A DNA stretch of 64,000 nucleotides from Octopus sinensis (taxonomy: Eukaryota): the NCBI RefSeq assembly GCF_006345805.1, contig NC_043002.1, forward strand, positions 97,030,001-97,094,000. The letters are read 5' to 3'. The translations under genes were made by a program, and so were the position numbers. Shown here in pieces: positions 12,784-26,250 of this stretch. Below the pieces are notes generated by a model. That model was not told the origin of the DNA, did not search any database, and saw only the letters and a program-made list of their open reading frames with translations. Numbering within the stretch: the stretch's first letter is position 1; every line of letters starts with the position of its first letter.

Positions 12784-13841
12784 TGTATGTATGTATGTAT
12801 GTATGTATAACACAATAACAATTTTTTACTCAGGATTCGTATGGGAAAATTGGCAATGGCAGGAACCTGTTACAGAATGAATAAGTCTGTTGCTCTGTCG
12901 TGATTGCTATGCAGACGGCAACATTAATTCGTTTATTTAGACTTGTTATGTTGGCAAGACTATTTTGTTAGGTTTAAGTAATTTTGTCGTTCCGACATTT
13001 TTTAGATCTTTTAAAACACTTTTCTCATGAAACCAGCTAAAATTGTTTTCTTCTTGGCATGCTAAAAACAATGATAATATGGTTCAGTCATCATATTTAA
13101 TTCAGAAGGATTTGGTTAACTTGATTTTTATCTCAAGGCACCGGTCCTAAGGAATCATACATTTCTCAACTAAGCGCCTAATCGTAATGAAATCTTTATA
13201 CGTTAGAATCGAGGCTGTAAGAATATGTTTCACAACTACGTAACTAATTCTAATAGAATCATTCTACATTAGTGTCAAAGCTGTTTGTTAAATATACGTC
13301 TGTTATTGATTGGAATTTTTATAATGAATATTATTATTGAAGGTGTGGCAATACCAAACTTCATGAATTAGTTAATGGTTGATATTGACAGAAGGCCGGT
13401 GTAATTATATTATTGATTTCTTTTTCAACTGCCTTGTTGGTGTCAATGATCATGTTTTCTATAAATATGCATGGAAACGATATTGGTGTTGGTTACAATG
13501 GTAGGGTGCCGTTCTTTTCACAATATACAATACGTAATCAGAGCCAGTCATCAACGAAGTAACTTTCCCGCCACACAGGACTGGGATTTTGTTTTTGGTT
13601 TGACCTATTCATGTTAGCCATAATCGAAATTGCTTATAATCAAGCGTTGTCCAGTTACATTTAGCTCATCATTTGGTATAATTTTTTTTTATTTATGTAT
13701 CATCTAAGACGGCGATCTGGCAGAATTGGTGGGGAATTGGACAAAATGCTTTGTCGTATTTTTTCCAGCCCTTTATGCTCGGAGTTCAAATCCCGCCGCG
13801 ATCAACCATGACGTTCATCCCTTCCGCTTCACTAAAATAAA

Positions 13842-13891
<50 letters not shown>

Positions 13892-15141
13892 AAGCATATG
13901 TGTATTATATATATGTATATATCTGTGTTAGTGTGACTTTCTGTTTGTGTTTGGGCACCATCATCGCTTGACAACCGGTGTTGGTGTGTTTGCGTTTCTG
14001 CACGTTAGCTATTCGGCAAAAGATTCCGATAGAATAAGTGCCAGGCTTTACAAAAATAAGTACTGGGCCCGACTTGTTAGACAAACCCGTGAACATGGTG
14101 CTGCAGCAAACAGACTATGCCAATGATTGGAACAAGGAGCGGAAGCAAATGAAATATGTAGTATGTATGTATAATTGTAAGTATGAATGTGTGCTGTGTA
14201 CGTATGTTTGAACATCAGTGAAGGTCCGTGGCTATGTGCTTAGGGTATTCAGTTCAGGATCTTAAGGTCGTGTGTTCGATACCTTGCGGCGTTATCTTCC
14301 TCGAGGAATATAACGTTATTTCATGTATCTCCAGTCAGCTTAGCCGCCAAGAATTAGTTGTACGTCTATCTCTGAGGGCCAGCCTTGTCACATTCTGTGT
14401 TACTCTGAATCTCCGTGAGAATCACATTGAGGTTATGCGTGTTTGTGGAGTACTCAGCCACTTGTATGTTAATTTCGTTGCTCGGTTCAGCTGGAACACT
14501 CGAAGCAGACGGAGAATTAATGAACTGAGCATTGATGAATTGTATAAACATCGGTGAGAAAATTGCTGACATACTGGTGTGTCGAACCAAAATAGCTTGC
14601 AATATTTATTACCCCAGCCTCTTGTAGCTCTCGCCTTCGGCAATGTAATGAATCACTGATTAATCCGTCCTAAAATTAACAAACGACGTTTTGCTAAAAA
14701 AAAATGCATGATATAGAATAAAATTAATTAAACCAAATTCTTTATACGTTTTGTATATTTTCGCGTTGGTGTGTATGTCTGTGTGTTTGTGTGTGTATGT
14801 GTGTGTGTGTTAATGTAAAATTACACATGCTTACATTGCATGAGAGCAAATTGTAATTATTGTCAATTAGTAGAAAAATTCCTTTCTTGCTTTTGTCATA
14901 TTTGTACGATTAATTAACTCTTAAGGAAATTAATATCCTAATTAACTGATAGCTCAATTAACATGAAATTAGTATAATTAACAACTGATTATTCACTAAA
15001 TATTTAATTAGCACACGAAAAGTATTATTGAGCTTTAAAAAATATTACATTTAGATTGACTTGTTTAAAAGATGATATCCACGCTCATATGCTCCTGCCT
15101 AAATATTATTCTTCTAATCCATTTACTAACGTTATTTTCAG

Positions 15142-15265
15142 AAAGTTAACAGATTTACAGATACAAGGAAATAAATTAACTGAAACAGAAGACATATGTG
15201 TGCAGTTTCCTAATTTAGAAGTCCTGAATATATCATTTAATCTGCTTGATTCGTGGACAGAAGTG
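15142..15265 (+). CDS. SDS22-like LRR protein, exon 4 (phase 2 to 0)
   Basis: ttttcAG acceptor and GTAAGA donor at 15266. Encodes KLTDLQIQGNKLTETEDICVQFPNLEVLNISFNLLDSWTEV. Confidence 0.9.
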
Positions 15266-15390
15266 GTAAGACCAACAACATAAAAAATTCCTTTCATAGA
15301 ATATTAGCGCAAATGCTACATCATTTTTTTAAAATCTACAAGGAACATTCCTGAATGTTACTTTTTAAAGGTCACTGAGAGAAGGCTGTC

Positions 15391-15424
<34 letters not shown>

Positions 15425-15535
15425 GTAACAGAAAAGAGGAATTTCGATTATCCCCACGTGGTGAGTTGTAATGCATATAAGAAATTAAAAAAAAGAATAT
15501 ACGCACACTTATATAGTTTTAATATAATTTTTAAT

Positions 15536-15570
15536 ACATCGACCGGTTTCGCTATCGCTATTCATGATAT
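15536..15570 (-). ncRNA. minimal type I hammerhead, A3-U8 core (inverted pseudo-LTR copy)
   Basis: Reverse complement reads ATATC-ATGAATA-GC GATA GC-GAAA-CCGG-TC/GATGT; helix I is kept through a G-U pair. Confidence 0.68.
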
Positions 15571-17073
15571 TATGTTTTACTTATTTGAATATACATTTAT
15601 TCTTAAGAATAAATTTGGTCCATGTTGTGTGTGATGAAATTCACGAGTGAATGACTAATATGGGTAACCATATTTCAGAAATATGGTTACCCATTTTACC
15701 TCTACATAAGAGAAAATTGGAAGCGATACCTGGACGACTGCTTTATCATCTGGAAGGAGAACATCGACAAACTTTTGGATTTCAAAACAACACTAAATGA
15801 CATAAATAGTAACATTCAATTCAAAATGGAATATAATAAAGAACAACTTCCATTTTTAGACATCATGATAAAAAAAGTTAACAATGAAATTATAACTGAC
15901 TTTTATTATAAACAATATCTTCAAAACAATATCTTCTTTTTAATTCATGCCACCCGAAACACATAATAAACATCCCTTTCAACTTAGGAAAAGGGATCTG
16001 CACAATAGTGTCTGATAGAACAACTCGGGACCTTCGTCTTCAAGACCTCAAAACAACACTTATTGAAAGACAATATCCACACTCTCTTATCGACGAGGGA
16101 ATTAAACGTGCTAAACAATTAGGCACAAAAATACTAAGAAAAAAATAAACATAGCACCACACCTCAAACCAAAACATTACTATTTATATCAACACACAAC
16201 CCCAGAAACAGTGAGGCATTCAACACTATTGTGCAAACTTTTCCTTTACTAACTAGATATCCAAAAATGAACTACATCCTGAAAACACACAAACTCATCA
16301 AATGCAAAAAAAACAAGACAAATCGCTAATGAGACTACTAACAAATGCGAAGCTTTACAAAACAACCACGAAACCAGCAGTTGAAAAATGTGGACGCCCA
16401 AACTGTAGAACCTGCCCCAACCTACTTGAAGGCTCGGATTTCCTTTTCAAACAAGGACAGAGGTTCACAATTAAAACTAGTTTCACTTGTACCTCTGAGA
16501 ACCTAATTTATGTAATAACCTGCTTGAGTTGCGGACACCACTATATTGGACAAACGAGTATGACCTTGAGAAAGAGAACATAAGGAGCAAATCCGTTTCC
16601 CGCAATACAGACAAATTCCTCTCACTGAACATGTAGAAAAATGTGCAGGTAACATCAAACCAAATTTCACAATCTTCCATTTCTACCAAGTGCAAAGACG
16701 CAATCTCTCAACTAGAACGTTTGAATAAAGAAACTTTTTTCATTGAAAAATACAAAACACGTCTTAATATGCACTCATAAACAGCGTTTATCTTTTTACA
16801 TATTTCAATTCACGATTACATAACTGTACATAAATCCCCTACTAAACAAGGTTTTTAAAACTTGTCTCTGTCTGAACACATAAATAATCTCCACCCATTA
16901 CCGAAAGCTGAAAAGTTATCTCCCTTACCCACAACAATAACAACACTAACGACAACCAATTACCTCCCTTTATTTATCTACTTGTAAAGTCATTCACTCG
17001 TGAATTTCATCACACACAACATGGACCAAATTTCTTCTTAAGAAAAAATATATATTCAAATAAGTAAAGAATA

Positions 17074-17108
17074 ATATCATGAATAGCGATAGCGAAACCG
17101 GTCGATAT
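17074..17108 (+). ncRNA. minimal type I hammerhead, A3-U8 core
   Basis: ATATC-ATGAATA-GC GATA GC-GAAA-CCGG-TC/GATAT. Confidence 0.7.
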
Positions 17109-17312
17109 ATTAAAAATTATATTAAAATTATGTAAGGTGTGCGTATTTTCCCTTTTTTAATTTCTTATATATATATATATATTGAAACTGAATGCTACAA
17201 AATATAGCAAATTATCTGATAGTTTAATATAGTTTATCGGTATATTGGCGCTAAAACTCAAAATATGTTTTCACAGTAGCGTGTTTTATACAGTAATAAT
17301 TTATATATACTG

Positions 17313-17729
17313 TGGGGTGTGGAGTGGCTGTGTGGTAAGTAGCTTGCTTACCAACCACATGGTTCCGGGTTCAGTCCCACTGCGTGGCACCTTGGGCAGA
17401 GTGTCTTCTACTATAGCCTCGGGCCGACCAAAGCCTTGTGAGTGGATTTGGTAGACGGAAAATGAAAGAAGCCCGTCGTATATATGTATTTGTGGGTGTG
17501 TGTTTGTGTGTCTGTGTTTGTCCCCCTAACATAGCTTGACAACCGAAACATAGCTTGACAACCGATGGTGGTGTGTTTACGTCCCCGTAACTTATTGTTT
17601 CGGCAAAAGAGACCGATAGAATAAGTACTGGGCTTACAAAGAATAAGTCCCGGGGTCGAGTTGCTCGATTAAAGGTGGTGCTCCAGCATGGCTGCAGTCA
17701 ACTGACTGAAACAAGTAAAAGAGTAAGAG
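17313..17729 (+). mobile_element. SINE family B (GGCGCAGGAGTGGCTGTGTGG head, CORE-like domain, internal microsatellite)
   Basis: A and B boxes, ccttgggcaagtgtcttc-like domain, (AAAAGAGT) tail. Confidence 0.85.
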
Positions 17730-17769
17730 ATACATATACACATACATATACATACATATACATACATAC

Positions 17770-17810
<41 letters not shown>

Positions 17811-18388
17811 TATATATATATAGGTTTTTCACGCTGACTACTGATAATTTCTTTAAAGATTTTATCCTCAATTGTTAATTTATATTTTTCACCGGAATAG
17901 TTCAATACTGAATTTTATTCCGACTAGACAATTTGTTACCGAAATGCATTGCGAATAAGCCCGCCATTTTCATAGATATGTAAAGATAAACATTCGTACA
18001 TGCTACGGCGAATTCTACGGTTGGCTATCGAGCTTGTAATGTTATGTTTTTCTCTTATATTTCTTGAGTTTGTTGCACTGATGAACATGAAATGCATATT
18101 CTGCATTAAATGCGAAATCACATGTGATATGTAACTGAATTCTTTTTTAAAATGATGTGTTTTGAAGTTTTGCATTCGGTAAAATTTTGTTTATTTTTAG
18201 TAGTTTTGACCGCATTGGTCCCTCTTAGCGTGTTGGTATCTACGAATAGTAGTACCCACAATATAATATAAATGAATATTTTCAAAGAGGAAGAATTTAC
18301 GGATTTTTTCTCTTACGAGGTTAATGACTACTGATAATTTCTTTTAAAGATTTTATCCTCAATTGTTAAAATATATATATATAATATA

Positions 18389-18445
<57 letters not shown>

Positions 18446-18503
18446 ATAATATATAATATATATACATACATAATATCATTTATTTATATGGTATATATTT
18501 ATG

Positions 18504-18536
<33 letters not shown>

Positions 18537-20368
18537 ATATATATATGTGTGTTATTATATATATATCTATATATATATATATATATATATATTATTCATA
18601 TAATTAAGGGCTAAAGAGGGTTATTCTAAAGCCAAATACACTGTTTTATTCCACTTATAATCCGATATATACATATATATATACATATTATATATACATA
18701 TATATATATATATATAATATATATATATATTATAATATATGTATGTATGTATATATGTATGTATGTATGTATGTGTGTGTATGTGTGTATGTGTAAATGT
18801 TTGTGTGTCTATGTTTGTCCCCCCAACATGGCTTCACAATATGGTGGTGTGTTTACGTTCCCGTAACTTAGCGGTTTGATATAAGACACCGATAGAATAA
18901 GTATTAAAAAGCTTACAAAGCATAAGTCCTGCGGTCGATTTTCTCGACTAAAAGCGGTGCTGCAGCATGGCCACAGTCAAATGACTGATACTAGTAAAAG
19001 AGTGATATATCCTGTACTAATTACTTCAAATTTTATTTATTTTAGAGAGAAAAGAGTAGTCGTTGGGCTTTCTTCTTCGATCCCGAATGGATGGAAGGTA
19101 AAGTTGACCCCGGCGGGATTTGAACTCAGACTGTTCAAAAAAAAAAAAAGCCGGAGCGAATGATGCCAAGCAATTTGTCCGGCGCTTTAACAATTCTGTT
19201 GACGATCCTGTACTAATTAGGTTTCTAAGTTCTGGCGCAAGGACAGTAATTTCAGGGCGAGTGATAATCGATTGATTTCATCGTCCCCTATGTTTAACTG
19301 GTACTTTATTTAATAGATTCTCAATTGTCGCAAGGCAAAGTTGACTTCGGCGGGATTTGAACTCAGAACGTAAAGAATCAGAAGGAATGCAGCAAAGCAT
19401 TTTGTCCGACACGTTAGGGACTCTGCCAGCCTGCCGCTTTATATCCTGCACTAATTATACAGTAAAATTTTGCCGTGCTATGTCACAGCAATTTTCACTT
19501 TATAAGCAAATATTAGTAGATAGGCTCTTGGGGATAAGAGACTGGTTTATTTCATGACCTGTTTGAAAATAGAGCTGATTTAATAATGTGGTAACAGTGA
19601 TCAATTTTCAACAAATTGGGAATTTCTTAATGTATACTTCACACAATATTTCACAGTGGATATGCTATGGAATTTTAAAACAATTAAATATACCGCCATT
19701 CTTTCTTGGCCTATTTTCCCAAATATAATTTACTATATCGAAGGGCGTTTATGACAGAAATGATAGAGTAGCTTCTCTTAATGTTTTGCTTTCAAATCTC
19801 ATTGAGATTTAATTTGCCTTTCATTTCTGAGACAGTGAAATAAGTACCAACCGATGACTGTCATGATTCAGCTGTCTGTGAAGTTTTACAATGAATGAAC
19901 ATTGAGCTAATGTAAGAGATGTATATTATTTACTACAGTACAGCTTTAATAACTTACATCAAATGATGCTACATCAGATAGAGAAATCTAAAGCCCCAGT
20001 CCCATCGGTTTCAGAGACAATAAATGGCCGCAGCGAGAATCTGGTTATAAAGATTCATTTCTAAATTTTCTAAAACCAGCTGCTTGTGCGCTAAGAAGAT
20101 TTCTACCCAACTACATGGTTTTTGGTCCAATCTCATTGCGAGGCATCTTGGACAAGTGCCTTCAACTGGAGCCCCGAGCTGACCAGAGATTTCTGAGTGG
20201 ATTTAATAGGCAGAACCTGAAAGAAGCCCATCGATATATATATATATAATTACTTATCCACACACACACACACACATATACATATATATATATACACACA
20301 CACATAGATTTTTATATCTATGTATGTATATATATATGTCTGTGTTTGTAAATATATATATGTATATA

Positions 20369-20410
<42 letters not shown>

Positions 20411-20414
<4 letters not shown>

Positions 20415-20815
20415 TACTCTTTACTGTTCAGTCACTTGACGCGGCCATGCTGGAGCACCCCCTTTTAGTCGAGCACATCGACCCCAGGACTTATTCTTGT
20501 AAGCCTGTACGTACTTATCTATCGGTCTCTTTTGCCGACCGCTAAGTAACGGGGACGTAAACACCACGCATCAGTTGTCAAGCGATGTTGGGGTGACAAA
20601 CACTGACACGCAAACACACACATTACATATATATATATATATATACAAATTACGACGGGCTTCTTTCAGTTTCCGTCTACCAAATCCACTCACAAGGCTT
20701 TGGTCGGCCCGAGGCTATAGCAGAAGACACTTGCCCAAGATGCCACGCAGTGGGACTGAACCCGGAACCATGTGGTTGGTAAGCAAGCTACTTACCACAC
20801 AGCCACTCCTGCGCC
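20411..20815 (-). mobile_element. SINE family B
   Basis: Full-length homology. Confidence 0.85.
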
Positions 20816-20816
20816 T

Positions 20817-20859
<43 letters not shown>

Positions 20860-20897
20860 TATATATATGTAGATATATATATATATATATATTTATA

Positions 20898-20938
<41 letters not shown>

Positions 20939-21071
20939 TATATATATATATATGTATATATATACTATAGAATATATATATATACTATATATATATTATA
21001 TATAAATATATCTATTTACATATATACGTATATATACATGTATATGTATAGATATATATATTATATATATA

Positions 21072-21106
<35 letters not shown>

Positions 21107-21792
21107 TTGCGGCCATACTGGGGCACTGCTTTGAAGACTTTTTTGTCCAATCAATCGACTCCTACTAATTCAAATACTAATTTAGGGGACGAAACAGACT
21201 AACACTGGTTGTCAAGCTTTTGACCATGGAATTACTATATTTGATATTTAAATAAGGGTCAGTAATATTTTCATGTCACGGAAACGCAATAAATAATTCT
21301 GCAGATTTATATGATGTATTTTGTTTGTCCATGCTCAAGGCAGAGAGAGGAAATGAGGAGGATGTTGGCACACAATGTGGAAGAAAATAAAGGGTGAATA
21401 GAAATGGGAAATGAACGAAGAAAACCGAGAATTGTGTCCCTTTTCTCAGAGGAAATCATAATCAATTTAGCTAATGTAGAATAATTTAACAGCGAAGCAG
21501 CCAAAGTGTGCGAAACAGCTGCTCTGTGCTTGCATTTGCTAAATCTTTCAGATGTTCGATTAAGTAATGTGGTGGAATACTTGAATCTAAAAAGAATGAG
21601 TGATATTTTAGCTATACGTAGCTTGCATCACTTTGATCAATTTACATATGGCGTAGATTTGTCCGTGATATTCCACGTAAAAGTAGTGGTGCGCAATTGG
21701 TATTCAGATCGCATGCATAGCTAGCTCTAGATGTGTCGAAGTTATTAACACCCCTCTTCTTGTAAAGACATGACGATCTCTCTCTCTGCTGT

Positions 21793-21827
<35 letters not shown>

Positions 21828-21869
21828 CTATCTATCTATCTATCTTCTATCTATCTACCTATCTATCTT

Positions 21870-21934
<65 letters not shown>

Positions 21935-22144
21935 TCTCCTTTTTTTTCTTTTTTTCATTTCTCTTTTCTTTTGTTCCTTTTCCTTTTTTTCCCCTTTTAC
22001 GATCCCTTTTGATCGAATACCTTCGCCACCTTTTTTTTTGTTTCTTTTGTTTTTGTTTTTTGTTTTTTTTCATCCCCCAAAAGAAAAGCTCTACCTTGTA
22101 ACTTGTCCCATCTGTGTGCAGCCCTGTGTGGCCAATAAAGAAAC

Positions 22145-22213
<69 letters not shown>

Positions 22214-22316
22214 ACTCTCTCCCTTTCCTTCTCTCTCTCTCTCTCTCTCTTTCTCTTTCCGTATGTTTGTGTTTGACCCGCAATAACAAAGGATTTCGTT
22301 CAATTGTTAAAACTAG

Positions 22317-22442
22317 ATTAATCTTCAAAGTCTTGCATCTCTGACGGAACTGACAGTGAAATGTAATTCCTTTGTGCACCAGTATAAATTTTATCACGCC
22401 GATGTGGTGAAAGAAATTCCTTCATTGCAGTGGTTGGACGGG
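22317..22442 (+). CDS. SDS22-like LRR protein, exon 5: last LRR plus LRRcap (phase 0 to 0)
   Basis: acTAG acceptor and GTAAGT donor at 22443. Encodes INLQSLASLTELTVKCNSFVHQYKFYHADVVKEIPSLQWLDG, matching the U2A'/SDS22 LRRcap pattern (Y...V...IPxLxxLDG). Confidence 0.9.
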
Positions 22443-22538
22443 GTAAGTACGATAGAAATATTAATTTTTACGCTAAATGAAAAGTTAAACATCTGTGATA
22501 ATATAAAGAAGTCGCGTGGCTAAATGGTTCGAGAGTTT

Positions 22539-23514
22539 CACTTACGTATTGTGGTTTTCACTCGTCGACTGATGTGCGCGGAGAGAGGTGTGTTATTTTC
22601 TTGAGCAAAACACTTCATTTCACGTTTCTTTACTTCACTCACGTATTGTGGTTTTCACTCGTCGACTGATGTGCGCGGAGAGAGGTGTGTTATTTTCTTG
22701 AGCAAAACACTTCATTTCACGTTGCTTTACTTCACTCACGTATTGTGGTTTTCACTCGTCGACTGAGGTGCGCGGAGAGAGGTGTGTTATTTTCTTGAGC
22801 AAAACACTTCATTTCACGTTGCTTTACTTCACTCACATATTGTGGTTTTCACTCGTCGACTGATGTGCGCGGAGAGAGGTGTGTTATTTTCTTGAGCAAA
22901 ACACTTCATTTCACGTTGCTTTACCTCACTCACGTATTGTGGTTTTCACTCGTCGACTGATGTGCGCGGAGAGAGGTGTGTTATTTTCTTGAGCAAAACA
23001 CTTCATTTCACGTTGCTTTACTTCACTCACGTATTGTGGTTTTCACTCGTCGACTGAGGTGCGCGGAGAGAGGTGTGTTATTTTCTTGAGCAAAACGCTT
23101 CATTTCACGTTGCTTTACTTCACTCACGTATTGTGGTTTTCACTCGTCGACTGGGGTGCGCGGAGAGAGGTGTGTTATTTTCTTGAGCAAAACGCTTCAT
23201 TTCACGTTGCTTTACTTCACTCACGTATTGTGGTTTTCACTCGTCGACTGAGGTGCGCGGAGAGAGGTGTGTTATTTTCTTGAGCAAAACGCTTCATTTC
23301 ACGTTGCTTTACTTCACTCACGTATTGTGGTTTTCACTCGTCGACTGAGGTGCGCGGAGAGAGGTGTGTTATTTTCTTGAGCAAAACGCTTCATTTCACG
23401 TTGCTTTAATTCACTCACGTATTGTGGTTTTCACTCGTCGACTGAGGTGCGCGGAGAGAGGTGTGTTATTTTCTTGAGCAAAACACTTCATTTCACGTTG
23501 CTTTACTTCACTCA
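22539..23514 (+). repeat. 10 x 97-bp tandem array amplified from the inside of a tRNA-derived (CORE-like) SINE
   Basis: gtcgactga recurs at 97-bp spacing (22564, 22661, 22758 and onward). SINE head with A box at 22510; SINE continuation after 23514. Confidence 0.95.
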
Positions 23515-23649
23515 GCTACAAACGAATAACCAGAATATTGATGTCCAATCAACTCTTTACTTCGATTTCGTTTTTATCATAAATATATATTGTAATGCAA
23601 GAAGAAAGATATGTTTTTTTCAACACGAAAGTACTGGTAGAAAGTATAT

Positions 23650-23955
23650 CACGTGATCACGTGACCGACCAGACCATCAGATGCTGCTACACACCGCTGG
23701 TCACAATGCGTTCGCATTGTTTTAGCCTTCGAATGACGCCACCCCGCTGGCTAAGCGAGCAGGCCAACAGAAGTGTGAGAGAAAGAGTGGTGAAAGAGTA
23801 CAGCAGGGATCGCCACCACCCCCTGCCGGAGCATCGTGGAGCTTTTAGGTGTTTTCGCTCAATAAACACTCACAACGCCCGGTCTAGGAATCGAAACCGC
23901 GATCCTACAACCGCGAGTCCGCTGCCCTAACCACTAGGCCATTGCACCTCCACGA
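23650..23955 (-). mobile_element. SINE family C head with an alternative 3' part
   Basis: 12-bp TSD tagaaagtatat at 23638-23649 and 23956-23967. Confidence 0.85.
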
Positions 23956-24083
23956 TAGAAAGTATATATAGGATAAAATCATTACAGAGCAGAAAAATCT
24001 GTCAGCAACCAACCTCCCATGTCTTCAATACATTTCAGCGCTTCAAAAACAAACTTGTTTGTTTACATATGATATGAATTGTT

Positions 24084-24478
24084 ATGTTATTATCAGAGCG
24101 AATATGCCTGATGTACGTTCGAACTGGAGAACAACCTACTCACTGCTTTTCATTAAGGAAAATATATTCCGTTTGTTGACAAATGGTGTGAATACACCTA
24201 GATCAGCTCGCAGCGCCATCTACATAGAAAAGCATAAGCGAGACAATCTCTTCAATCAACTCGTAGCTTCGTCTGCCTGGTGTCTGTGACCTATGTGGAT
24301 ATAACTTCTCCGATATGCAAGCATTTCACGGTCTAGGTAAGTGGAGCTACGAGCTGATCTAGGCGTATAAATACCATTTGTCAACAAGCGAGATACATTC
24401 TCCGTGACAAAACGCAGTGAGTAGCTTGTTCCCCAGTTCGATCTTGCCTCAGGCATATTCGGATTAACACAATAACAT
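24084..24478. repeat. diverged long inverted repeat (about 145-bp arms, 103-bp spacer)
   Basis: 24084-24228 versus the reverse complement of 24332-24478: 25 substitutions and no indels over the 125 nt aligned by hand. Confidence 0.85.
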
Positions 24479-24611
24479 TACAATTTTATTTATCACTGCT
24501 TAGCGCTCCTCCTCAGTAACATAAATATAAAATTTAATTTCAAAACAGCAATTGGAAAAAAACGGCTGTATTTTAAACATGTTGTTCAGTAAATTATTTT
24601 CTTATTTTCAG

Positions 24612-24678
24612 ATTAATGTGAAAGAAAATAAGAAAACGTTAAATAATTCAAATATCCGACAGGCGTCTGCATATGCTG
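24612..24678 (+). CDS. LRR protein, exon 6 (phase 0 to 1)
   Basis: Strong ttttcttattttcAG acceptor and GTTAGT donor at 24679. Encodes INVKENKKTLNNSNIRQASAYA(G). Phase fits both neighbours. Confidence 0.75.
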
Positions 24679-24738
24679 GTTAGTACTTTTAATATCCTAA
24701 TTAGAAGATATAAAACTATGGATATCTATAATTATATA

Positions 24739-25122
24739 TGGAAGCACTCCGTCGGTTACGACGACGAGGGCTCCGGTTGATCCGATCAACGGAACAGCCT
24801 GCTCGTGAAATTAACGTGTAAGTGGCTGAGCACTCCACAGACACGTGAACCCTCAACGTAGTTCTCGGGGATATTCAGCGTGACACAGAGTGTGACAAGG
24901 CCGGCCCTTTGAAATACAGGTACAACAGAAACAGGAAGTAAGAGTGAGAGAAAGTTGTGGTGAAAGAGTACAGCAGGGATCACCACCATCCCCTGCCGGA
25001 GCCTCGTGGAGCTTTAGGTGTTTTCGCTCAATAAACACTCACAACGCCCGGCCTGGGAATCGAAACCGCGATCCTACGACCGCGAGTCCGCTGCCCTAAC
25101 CACTGGGCCATTGCGCCTCCAC
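24739..25122 (-). mobile_element. SINE family C (GTGGAGGCGCAATGGCCC head, ...GGAGTGCTTCCA end)
   Basis: TSD tctataattatata on both sides. Confidence 0.9.
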
Positions 25123-26250
25123 TCTATAATTATATACTCCTATCAATCAAACTAAGTTCTTTTTATTCATTATTCCACGAAAGAAGGCAGAGCATGTAGC
25201 ATTTGTGGGCCCACTTATAGTGGTAGCATTAGCTTGTTTGATGCTTTAATTAAACATCTGTAAAGTGATACATGTGGCAAACAGGTAGGGTGGAAGCGCT
25301 GTCAATTAGAATACTACAGCTTTCGTATCCACTCAAACTAGTATTAAGTGAAATTATTCGATGCTTTAATAATCTACTTCAGACTGATCGATGTGCATTT
25401 AGTTTCACGCCATTTAGCTTCATTGGTTAATCATGGTGCCGGCGAGGACCTAGCTGCCATACCATCAAGTTCGTGTCATTCCAAATCTATCTTTTATCTT
25501 TTTTACTCCTTTCAGTCACTGAACTGCAACCACCATAGGGCACCACATTGAAAAGTTATAGTCGAAAAAAATCGACCCTGATATTTAGGTTTTGTAACGT
25601 AAACAAACTAACACCGGTTGTCAAGTGGTGGCAGAAAACACAGACACTAAGACACACACAAATACAAACCCAAACATGTATGTATATATGTACGTCTGGC
25701 TTCCACACAGTTTCCGTCTGATAAATTCATTCACAAGTCATGAGCTGTTCGGGTTTAAAACAGAAATCATTTGCCTCTGGTGACACCCAATGGAACTAAA
25801 CGTAAAATCCTGTGGCTGCAAAGTGACCTTCCAATTCATACACCTATACCTGTGTCTGCTACACAGACATCGAATAGAAGTTAGTCAATGATAGATAGAC
25901 TGTAACTTATTTATAAAAAGAAAATATATTTCCTAAACTTGAGTGAACCGAAAACCAAAGAAACTGATCCTAACAATATATTCTTCCCCGAAACATTATC
26001 TGCAAAGAGGCATTGCAAGCACGAAAAGGGAGATGGAATTTGTATTTGGTAATAGAATTTGTATCGTATTTTCAGAATTCCTAGAGCTTTCGTGTTTTCA
26101 AGCTTTAACTATGTTTAATCTAAAAACTTGCATCGCGTTCTCAGCTATCCAGAACTTTCCTTATTCAATGTTCATTTATATCACTTTACAATAAAATTTG
26201 CGACAAAATATTATAGCTCTATTTGTTTTGTTTTTTTTTTCTTTTCGTAG

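Larger units (their letters stand above)
15476..17170 (+). mobile_element. Penelope-like element, degenerate, with inverted 5' copy of its pseudo-LTR
   Basis: RYLDDCF (RT) near 15725; SENLIYVITCLSCGHHYIGQT (GIY-YIG). 15476-15656 is the reverse complement of about 16990-17170. Confidence 0.92.

Noticed and set aside
13200-13660. Helitron/PIF1 helicase-like motifs on the minus strand (CNGTRL-like, TNKAVEKEINN)
   Set aside because: The motifs are in the wrong order and need frameshifts; this cannot be supported without a search.
15161-15265. Alternative acceptor joining exon 2 directly (LASLQ|IQGNKL)
   Set aside because: Exon 8040-8095 with the 15142 acceptor gives regular LRR spacing and stronger splice sites.
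21340-21396. Exon-like stretch QREEMRRMLAHNVEENK
   Set aside because: Weak acceptor, and its phase would break the 0-0 join between exons 4 and 5.
22539-23514. CRISPR-like array or retrozyme
   Set aside because: No unique spacers; units are contiguous SINE sequence; CTGA(T/G)GT is not followed by a helix II/GAAA core.
23972-24060. Exon candidate DKIITEQKNL after LDG
   Set aside because: No pyrimidine tract (even in the pre-SINE site) and no donor; 24612-24678 fits better.
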